Position numbers and translations under genes: made by a program. The notes under the pieces are model-generated. The model was not told the DNA's origin and did no database searches. It saw nothing but the letters and a program-made list of their open reading frames with translations. Below are positions 57,150 through 64,000 of a stretch of DNA of 64,000 nucleotides, piece by piece. The stretch comes from Deltaproteobacteria bacterium (GTDB lineage: Bacteria; Desulfobacterota; Desulfobacteria; Desulfobacterales; C00003060), in the NCBI GenBank assembly GCA_003647275.1, contig QMMN01000010.1, positions 1,121 to 65,120 of the forward strand. The letters run 5' to 3'. The first letter of the stretch is position 1; the number at the start of each line of letters is the position of its first letter.

Positions 57150-57986
57150 TCAAAATGACCCGACGATTGCCAGTATCCCCAGGAGCCAGCAATAGGGAGC
57201 AAAGGCGTAGAGGTTTCCTTTCTTCACCAGGTGTATCAGGATCTTCAGGGCAGCAAACCCCACGGCCGCAGCCATGAAGGTCCCCAGCAGTACCACGCCC
57301 GCGGGTGGAAAACCCGAAGTCAGGGCCCCGCCCAATTCCAGGAGCATGGCCCCCAAGATGGCTGGAATAGACAGAAGAAATGAATATCTGACTGCAGTCT
57401 CACGGCTGAGGCCTCTGAATAGCCCCATGGCAATGGTCGCTCCTGAACGAGAGATCCCTGGCAAAATAGCCAATCCCTGGATTGTACCGATCAACAGGGC
57501 ATCCCAGATCATGAGCTGGCCCACATGACGCCCCTCCCTTTTGAGTCCCCGGGTCAACCACAGCAACAGCCCAGTGACCAAAAGCATGCTTCCCACAATT
57601 TGGACCGACGAAAAAAGCTTCTCGGCCATGGGTCGAAACACCAACCCCAAGAAGGCGGTTGGCACCGTTCCCAACAGGATAAGACCCAGCAATCGCATTT
57701 CCGGCTTTTGGCGAAGGCGTTTCCAAAGCGTATCCTCCTGGCCAGACCAGGTAGAAACCGAAAAAAGTGTGGTGGCAATCCCCTTAAGGTCTTCAAAGAA
57801 GAACACACACAGGGCGATCAATGTCCCCACGTGAAGCGAGACATCAAAAAAGATTTCTGGTTCTGTTAAACCCAGGAGGTTTTGAAAGAGCACTAAATGT
57901 CCAGAGCTGCTAACAGGCAAAAATTCGGTCAACCCCTGAATAATACCCAACACAGCCGCATATCCCATCCCTATGTCCATTCTCAC
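57150..57986 (-). CDS. uppP: undecaprenyl-diphosphate phosphatase
   Basis: GLTEFLPVSSSGH and PGISRSGATI. Confidence 0.9.
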   Translation of the reverse strand: MRMDIGMGYAAVLGIIQGLTEFLPVSSSGHLVLFQNLLGLTEPEIFFDVSLHVGTLIALCVFFFEDLKGIATTLFSVSTWSGQEDTLWKRLRQKPEMRLLGLILLGTVPTAFLGLVFRPMAEKLFSSVQIVGSMLLVTGLLLWLTRGLKREGRHVGQLMIWDALLIGTIQGLAILPGISRSGATIAMGLFRGLSRETAVRYSFLLSIPAILGAMLLELGGALTSGFPPAGVVLLGTFMAAAVGFAALKILIHLVKKGNLYAFAPYCWLLGILAIVGSF

Positions 57987-58366
57987 TCCGTGGAGGACTC
58001 GGAGGGGATATGTCCCTCTAATGCCATTTTGATTTTTTGCTTCAACTCGCTCAGATCTGCACTCTTGACCACGTAGTAATCGGCTGCGACCGATTTCAGG
58101 TCGCCCTTAAAGGAAGAGTAGGCTGAACAAAGAATGACGGGGATGTTATAGAACTCCTTCCGGATTTCCTGTAATAAGTCCAACCCGTCATGTTCGGCCA
58201 TTTTGATATCCAAGATGATCAGGTCTGGTTTTTGCTGCTCAACCAACTCGATCAACCCGTGACCAGTCCCTGTGGTGACCACATCATACCCTTCATCATC
58301 CAACTCCTCGGCGTAGAGCATACGGATAACCTCTTCATCATCAACAATAAGAATTTTCTTCATCAA
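57983..58366 (-). CDS. single-domain response regulator (paralog of 2201..2566)
   Basis: MMKKILIVDDEE..., LDIKM and DLKSVAADYYVVKS. Confidence 0.85.
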   Translation of the reverse strand: MMKKILIVDDEEVIRMLYAEELDDEGYDVVTTGTGHGLIELVEQQKPDLIILDIKMAEHDGLDLLQEIRKEFYNIPVILCSAYSSFKGDLKSVAADYYVVKSADLSELKQKIKMALEGHIPSESSTE

Positions 58367-58399
58367 AGCCCTCCATTTGCGATCTATGAGCGCAAAGCT

Positions 58400-59617
58400 T
58401 CACTTCGTGTCAAACCATTTCTTTAGCAAATAAGGCTTACTCCGCTCAAACACAATGCACTGATCTTCTATCACTTCCTCAGCCTGCTGAATGGTCATCG
58501 GCTCCAGTTCAATCACAAAGGAACATGTACGGCCATAATAGAGCGGGATTAAACTTTCCATGATCTTCTCTCTATCATGCGCACTTTTCTTGTAGGCGAC
58601 CGCAAAGTCAATTAATATTTCGGCCCACAGGTTGGCGGGAAGCTCAAAATCCGCAAAGCCCAATGTTCTTACTTCGGAGAGTTTCTTGTAAACATTCGTG
58701 GAAAGGATTTCCTTCCACAGGGCATCATAACCTGTAAAGCCTGCCTGAAATTCGTCATAAAGTCTTTCCACATTGACTTCAACCGGCGGAGGCATTTCCA
58801 TCTCCCCAAGTCCGAAACCGAAAATCGCTGTTGGCTTACTCCACCGGACCTCTTGCCAGAAAGCAAATTTTTTGGTCATAATATCAAAAATGGTTCCCAC
58901 GACCTGCGAGAACATGGGACCTAAAGATTCTCCAGGATCTTTTGGTTTGTGGATCTTGGGCCTCCCCATGTAAGACTGGCAAGTTGGTATGCCGTGACAC
59001 ATGGCCATGGTGGTCATCCAAATATCAATACCAAATTCTGCAACCGCGGGGGTCCAATCCTCCTGCTTCAAGTAGATCTCTGCCAGTTTTCCAGAAAAGC
59101 CAAAGTCTCCACCAATGGGCTGGCGAACTCTGCGCCCGTAAATGGAGCGTGTCATGGGATAGGCGATGTTGTTCGTTATGGTGCCATCATACTTGTGCCG
59201 AACGTACAGGGGTGCCACAAAACCAAAGTCTTCAAAAAGCGGTTGCCCCAGATTTTTTATCCAGCGCGGTGTGATGCTTTTGAGATCAGCATCCACCATA
59301 ATAATGGCCTCTGCCTCGAGATCACAACTTTTTTTAAAAAGGTTTTTAAGGTTGTTTCCTTTCCCCCTGACACCCGGTGGTGTTGACAGGTAGATCTTAG
59401 GGACTTCTGTAGGCGTATTCATGAATGCCTCGCGGGTGCCGTCCGGGGAGTTATTATCACAGTTAATGATAACACTGTTTTTATCCCCAAAATATTTAAT
59501 GAGGCCTTCGTTTGCCATCTGGGTAGGGTAAGAAATCAGTTCTGCTTCATTGTACGACGGAATTCCCACAATCACGTCAGCAGATCGTACATCGTTTGGA
59601 TTCTCCTCTATGTGCAT
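58400..59617 (-). CDS. GT-A glycosyltransferase resembling mannosylglycerate / glucosyl-3-phosphoglycerate synthases
   Basis: VGIPSYNE, GKGNNL, VDADLKSITPRWI, QPIGGDFGF and FGIDIWMT follow the same motif order as Rhodothermus MGS, recalled from memory. The internal ATG 59617 is preferred. Confidence 0.6.
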   Translation of the reverse strand: MHIEENPNDVRSADVIVGIPSYNEAELISYPTQMANEGLIKYFGDKNSVIINCDNNSPDGTREAFMNTPTEVPKIYLSTPPGVRGKGNNLKNLFKKSCDLEAEAIIMVDADLKSITPRWIKNLGQPLFEDFGFVAPLYVRHKYDGTITNNIAYPMTRSIYGRRVRQPIGGDFGFSGKLAEIYLKQEDWTPAVAEFGIDIWMTTMAMCHGIPTCQSYMGRPKIHKPKDPGESLGPMFSQVVGTIFDIMTKKFAFWQEVRWSKPTAIFGFGLGEMEMPPPVEVNVERLYDEFQAGFTGYDALWKEILSTNVYKKLSEVRTLGFADFELPANLWAEILIDFAVAYKKSAHDREKIMESLIPLYYGRTCSFVIELEPMTIQQAEEVIEDQCIVFERSKPYLLKKWFDTK

Positions 59618-59787
59618 ACCGCAACCCCCTTGTAGCCTTCGAACCAATTTAACTCACAAAGGAAAACAGATACCAGAAAAGCAAGGTCTTCCAATGACAA
59701 ATATATACTACATATCCCAAGCCCGGTCAACTTGACAGGTGATAACTATGCAGATAATATAAATATAATTATATCTCAAGCTTGATT

Positions 59788-60597
59788 ATGGAACAAATAC
59801 TCATTTTCACCGATCTGGATGGCACGTTGATCGATCATGATACTTACGATTTCGAAGCGGCACGGCCTGCCTTGGATCAGATCAGATCAAGGTCTATCCC
59901 AGTAATCATTTGCAGTAGCAAGACGCGGGCAGAAATCGAAGTCTATCGCCAGCGGATGGGCCTTAGTGATCCGTTTATCGTAGAAAACGGTGGTGCTGTC
60001 TTTATCCCTGCCCACGCTCTTAACTTAACGGGTGTAAACTTTGTTGAAAGGGGCGGGTACCACGTGGTGGAGCTGGGACTGGCCTACGCTGAGCTGTGCG
60101 CTACCTGGAAAAAGATCAAAACCAAGGGAAACTTTCGCATGAAAGGGTTTTGCGAAATGACGGTTGAGGAAATTGCCATACTTTCAGGGCTGCCGCCTGA
60201 AGAAGCCCGATGGGCTGCCAGCCGCGAGTATTCAGAACCCTTCACGTTTTCTGACGCTCCCGAGCGACTCGCCCTCCTGAGACGCCTTTTACAAGAAAAG
60301 GGCCTTACCGTTACCAGGGGAGGACGCTTTTACCACGTCACGGGAAAACACGACAAGGGCAAGGCCGTCCAGATTTTAACAAAGGCTTACGCCAGAACAT
60401 ACCCCGAAAGCAGGCTTTGCTCTGTCGGGCTGGGGGACAGCGCAAATGATATCCCCATGCTCAGGAACGTGGACAAACCGATTTTAATCCGGAAGAAGAC
60501 CGGAGGCTGCGAGCGCATCCCCGGGATCAAGCCGTTCCTGTGTTCCGAGCAACCCGGTCCAAGGGGATGGGCTGAGGCCATTCAGAAAATCTTGTAG
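59788..60597 (+). CDS. HAD-IIB phosphatase, mannosyl/glucosyl-3-phosphoglycerate phosphatase family
   Basis: IFTDLDGTLID, ICSSKTRAE and GLGDSANDIPML. Confidence 0.75.
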   Translation: MEQILIFTDLDGTLIDHDTYDFEAARPALDQIRSRSIPVIICSSKTRAEIEVYRQRMGLSDPFIVENGGAVFIPAHALNLTGVNFVERGGYHVVELGLAYAELCATWKKIKTKGNFRMKGFCEMTVEEIAILSGLPPEEARWAASREYSEPFTFSDAPERLALLRRLLQEKGLTVTRGGRFYHVTGKHDKGKAVQILTKAYARTYPESRLCSVGLGDSANDIPMLRNVDKPILIRKKTGGCERIPGIKPFLCSEQPGPRGWAEAIQKIL

Positions 60598-60766
60598 GCC
60601 ACATCGATGTGTGCCCCTCCGGGCCAGAGGCCCCTGGGCCGGCGGCTGGTCCGGGTGATGCGATGCATTCTGCTCTTGACAAGCAGGATGAGATTTGACC
60701 TGCCTCAAAAAGAGATCCCCTTTGACGGCCGACAAACACCAAAAGAGGGCTGAAACTTGAATTGTT

Positions 60767-61471
60767 GTGCATTGTGAGATAAACTTAGAAATCAAATACT
60801 TCGGTGAATTGCGAGAGGAATTAAACGTGGATGCCCCAAAAAAGAGTGCTGAGAATCATGCCTCACCCCACATAGACCGTGAATACTGGACCCTCACAGG
60901 GTGGGTGAGAAGTTGGTCGGACGTTATTCTCGATCCGCTTTCTCGCCTGTTCGCACGCGTGGGGATTCAACCCAATCTCCTGTCTATGATCGGTTTTTTT
61001 GCCGCATCTGCTGCTGGTGCGGTGGTGGCTGCAGGCCACATTTCGCTGGGGGGGTGGTTATTCCTCCTTTCCGGCCCCTTTGATGCCCTGGACGGGGCCC
61101 TGGCCCGAACAGCAGGTCTTGAGTCACGCTTTGGGGCCTTCCTCGATTCCGTCATAGACCGTTACTCGGAAGCGGCCGTCTTGTTCGGAATACTGTGCTG
61201 GTCCACCTTTCATGGGCAACACATCCTGGTGCTGGTCACCTTTTTGACCTTGATCGGCTCATTCATGGTCAGCTATACCCGGGCCAGGGCCGAGGGGTTG
61301 AACATCTCATGCAAGGTAGGCCTTTTTACCCGACTGGAACGCTTTATTGTGCTGACCCTTACCCTGATCACCGAACAACTCCTAGTCGGTCTTGTGATTC
61401 TTGCCTTTTTGACAAACTTTACTGCCTTGCAGCGGATGTTCCATGTCTATCGGCAGTCTCTGGATCAGTAA
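60767..61471 (+). CDS. CDP-alcohol phosphatidyltransferase family protein
   Basis: DALDGALAR...G...DSVIDRYSE (the DGxxAR...D...D motif). The GTG start is uncertain. Confidence 0.75.
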   Translation: MHCEINLEIKYFGELREELNVDAPKKSAENHASPHIDREYWTLTGWVRSWSDVILDPLSRLFARVGIQPNLLSMIGFFAASAAGAVVAAGHISLGGWLFLLSGPFDALDGALARTAGLESRFGAFLDSVIDRYSEAAVLFGILCWSTFHGQHILVLVTFLTLIGSFMVSYTRARAEGLNISCKVGLFTRLERFIVLTLTLITEQLLVGLVILAFLTNFTALQRMFHVYRQSLDQ

Positions 61472-61613
61472 CTCGGGTTAGCCCATTCAGACCGTTGGCA
61501 AGCCCCAACAGCCTGTTGACAAACAAACCTGCTTCTGTTTTAAGGGGTCTCTAAGAGATATTATGCACCAGCCACGCCGGCCTGCGGTGTGAAAATCATT
61601 GAGGGTAGGATAC

Positions 61614-62042
61614 ATGTATTCAAGAATGCTCGTGCTCCGGTTTCCAAAGGCGGAGGTTGAAAAACCGATCGTCTGTTATCTTGCCAAAGATTTTGATCTT
61701 ACATTCAACATCCTTAAGGCGACCATACTCCCCCGCAAGGAGGGGGTTATGGTCTTGGAACTGTCTGGGGCCAGAAAGGACTTTAATAAAGGGGTTCAAT
61801 ACCTGAAAAACTGTGGGGTGCAGGTCCAGGCAGTCGGGCAAGAAATCAAACGCAACAGGAGCAAATGCACCCACTGTGGCGCCTGTACCGCAGTGTGTCC
61901 CACTGGCGCCCTGTCAATCAAGCGGCCTGAGATGACGGTTGCGTTCAATCAGAAGAAATGCAGTGTATGCGGACTCTGTGTTCCTGGTTGTCCCCCAAGG
62001 GCCATGGAGGTCCGCACAGTAGCAAGCTCCATCCTGAAATGA
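61614..62042 (+). CDS. NIL-domain / 2x[4Fe-4S] ferredoxin fusion protein
   Basis: A NIL-like N-terminal half (VLRFPKAEVEKPIVCYL...VMVLELSG) and CTHCGACTAVCP plus CSVCGLCVPGCP. Confidence 0.7.
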   Translation: MYSRMLVLRFPKAEVEKPIVCYLAKDFDLTFNILKATILPRKEGVMVLELSGARKDFNKGVQYLKNCGVQVQAVGQEIKRNRSKCTHCGACTAVCPTGALSIKRPEMTVAFNQKKCSVCGLCVPGCPPRAMEVRTVASSILK

Positions 62043-63106
62043 AAACAACTGTGGCCGTTGCCTTAAGCGGCGGCCTGGATTCCGCTGTTGCAGCTGCTCT
62101 CCTTAAAAAGAAAAGCTACCGAGTCATTGGACTTTATTTCCAAACGGGCTATGAACTTCCCCCCGGCGACTCAACCCCGCCCAGGCCATTGTCCCGCATC
62201 CATACTCGGGCCCAGATGGCTGCAAAACAGATCGGCATACCCCTTGAAGTGCTCGATTGTTCTCAACCTTTCGAAAGGGAGGTTGTGCGATACTTTATCG
62301 ATACTTACCGCTCAGGGAAAACGCCAAACCCATGCGTGGTGTGCAATCAGTGTATCAAGTTTGGCTTCATTCTTGATCGGGCCATGGCGCTTGGCGTCTC
62401 AGCCCTGGCAACAGGCCACTATGCCAGAATACGCCAGGAACCCAACGGGCGGTTTTGCCTGCTAAAGGGCGTGGATCGGGCCAAAGACCAGTCCTACTTC
62501 CTGGCCCGCCTGAGCCAGAAACAGTTAAGCCGGGTCTTGTTTCCCCTAGGAACCTATACGAAAAAACAAGTCAGGGAGATGGCCGAGGCATGGGGATTCG
62601 GGACTTTTATGGACAGTGAAAGCCAGGAGCTATGCTTCGTACGCCACCCCAGTTATAAAGACTTTCTTTCCAGCCTGGCGGAAGTTCCCCCCAAGCCGGG
62701 ACCCATTGTCAATACCAGAGGGGACATCATAGGACACCACCAGGGTCTCCATGCCTATACCGTCGGACAGCGCAGGGGGATTGGCATTCCCGGACCAGAG
62801 CCTTACTATGTCATCCGTCTTGACAATAAGCAAAATAGGCTGGTCATCGGGTCCAAATCCGAGCTGGCAGCCACAGAGTGTAGGGTGACCGACATCAATT
62901 GGATCGAGACAAAAGTGCCCGACAAACCCATATCGGTCCAAACCCGTATCCGGTATCGACATCAAGAGGCAGCGTCCACCCTAACGCCTCTTGGCCCCTC
63001 CACGGCCACGGTCCGTTTTTCCGAAGCACAATATGCCATTACGCCCGGGCAGGCCGCTGTCTTCTATAAGGGCGAACGGGTTCTAGGCGGAGGGTGGATC
63101 GCCTAA
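62039..63106 (+). CDS. mnmA: tRNA 2-thiouridine(34) synthase MnmA (CxxC 'C-type')
   Basis: ATGA overlap with the ferredoxin gene. PP-loop VALSGGLDSAV, NPCVVCNQCIKF and SQELCF. Confidence 0.88.
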   Translation: MKTTVAVALSGGLDSAVAAALLKKKSYRVIGLYFQTGYELPPGDSTPPRPLSRIHTRAQMAAKQIGIPLEVLDCSQPFEREVVRYFIDTYRSGKTPNPCVVCNQCIKFGFILDRAMALGVSALATGHYARIRQEPNGRFCLLKGVDRAKDQSYFLARLSQKQLSRVLFPLGTYTKKQVREMAEAWGFGTFMDSESQELCFVRHPSYKDFLSSLAEVPPKPGPIVNTRGDIIGHHQGLHAYTVGQRRGIGIPGPEPYYVIRLDNKQNRLVIGSKSELAATECRVTDINWIETKVPDKPISVQTRIRYRHQEAASTLTPLGPSTATVRFSEAQYAITPGQAAVFYKGERVLGGGWIA

Positions 63107-63119
63107 GAGAGATGATATC

Positions 63120-64000
63120 ATGAAGTCTTTTACCATCACCACTCTGGGATGCAAGGTAAACCGCTATGAATCGGAAGCGATTTCCGAGCAGTTGGTGGAC
63201 CAAGGATGGCACCTGATAGACAAGGGGGCCAGGGCAAATCTTTGTATTGTCAATACCTGCACGGTCACCGGGAAAGCAGCCATGCAGTCCAGGCAGGCCG
63301 TAAGAAAGGCCATCCGCACCCATCCAGGGGCCCTTATGGTGGTCACGGGCTGCTATGCCCAGATAGCCCCCGAGGTCTTCAGTGCCCTGCCGGGCGTACA
63401 TTTTGTCGTAGGCCATACCTTCAAAGACCGGATTGCACGACTGGCCAGCCCCAATAAGGACCACGGGCCTGCAATGATCCTTGTTGAAGATCTTTCGGCC
63501 CCCTGCCCGTTTCAGGATCTTCCGATCACCAGGTTTGGAAATCGAACGCGCCCCTTTGTAAAGATCCAGGACGGTTGCGATGCTTTTTGTGCCTACTGCA
63601 TCATTCCGTATGCCCGGGGGCGAAGCCGGTCTCTGAGACCGGAAGTGGTTGTTAAGAGGATAAGGGAGCTCAAGGCGCAGGGGTACGCCGAAGTCGTGCT
63701 TTGCGGCATCAACTGCGGCCGGTATGGTCAAGATCTCACCCCGGCGACCTCACTGTGCGGACTCATGCAGTTGATCGATGGTCCCCAAGGGGTTGAACGG
63801 TTGCGCCTGAGCTCTATTGAACCGACCGAGCTATCAGAAGCGCTCATTGACCAGTTGGCAACCTCTAAGCACATTTGTCCGCACCTCCATATCCCCTTAC
63901 AGAGCGGAGACGACGAGGTGCTCAAGTCCATGAACCGGCCCTATACTTCAAAATTTTACAGGGACTTGGTTCACCACATCATGAATGTGATGCCAGATGC
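63120..64000 (+). CDS. mtaB: radical-SAM methylthiotransferase (MtaB/MiaB family), 3' end outside window
   Basis: I read this frame by hand and it stays open to the window end: MKSFTITTLGCKVNRYESE..., VNTCTVT, and the radical-SAM motif CDAFCAYC. It is absent from the ORF track because it has no stop codon. Confidence 0.82.
   Translation, partial: MKSFTITTLGCKVNRYESEAISEQLVDQGWHLIDKGARANLCIVNTCTVTGKAAMQSRQAVRKAIRTHPGALMVVTGCYAQIAPEVFSALPGVHFVVGHTFKDRIARLASPNKDHGPAMILVEDLSAPCPFQDLPITRFGNRTRPFVKIQDGCDAFCAYCIIPYARGRSRSLRPEVVVKRIRELKAQGYAEVVLCGINCGRYGQDLTPATSLCGLMQLIDGPQGVERLRLSSIEPTELSEALIDQLATSKHICPHLHIPLQSGDDEVLKSMNRPYTSKFYRDLVHHIMNVMPD

Noticed and set aside
63039-63731. A 230-aa minus-strand ORF.
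   Set aside because: It lies antisense to a clearly recognisable plus-strand MtaB/MiaB-family gene (63120 onward, radical-SAM CDAFCAYC). Its translation is Arg/Pro/Gly-rich with no motifs, which is typical of a shadow ORF.

Overview
The window looks like a chromosomal segment from an anaerobic Desulfobacterota-type (deltaproteobacterial) genome. That placement is inferred from gene content only: an Rnf complex, sigma54 regulators, Cys-rich 'two-CW' sensor kinases and molybdopterin enzymes. Coding density is high except for one ORF-free stretch at 48.25-50.44 kb. Housekeeping genes: lnt (partial), prfB with its programmed +1 frameshift, parA/parB, an EF-G paralog, trxA/trxB, bamD, plsY, uppP, mnmA, mtaB (partial), and tRNA-Lys(UUU) and tRNA-Glu(UUC). 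Main functional blocks: (1) a response regulator plus alpha-glucan phosphorylase. (2) A three-gene Cys-type formate-dehydrogenase-like complex whose Fe-S subunit ends in a textbook MshEN (T2SSE_N) c-di-GMP-binding motif. (3) A co-directional array of about 10 genes (21251 down to 10722, minus strand) behind a consensus sigma54 promoter. It encodes a signal-less molybdopterin oxidoreductase, a 4-cluster ferredoxin, RnfCDGEAB, ApbE and a membrane-anchored NifU-like protein. It lies divergent from a PhnD-like binding protein, a two-CW histidine kinase and an NtrC-type activator. rnfB carries an in-frame TGA at a conserved Fe-S Cys position (candidate selenocysteine), rnfA has a lipoprotein N-terminal extension, and three intercistronic gaps hold structured repeats. 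(4) A patch of poorly characterised genes (26.6-33.2 kb) including a TauE-family fusion and a binding-protein/chemoreceptor pair. (5) A PpsA-like His-swivel dikinase next to a Cys-phosphatase/YkgJ fusion, with a second two-CW kinase. (6) A c-di-GMP-I (GEMM-I) riboswitch with terminator in front of an orphan FliD-like gene. (7) Two diverged copies of an IHF/HU-like plus Lys-rich winged-helix gene pair. (8) A putative glycosylglycerate compatible-solute cluster. No CRISPR array, transposase, integrase or rRNA was seen. All calls come from reading the sequence and the ORF track; no database search was run.
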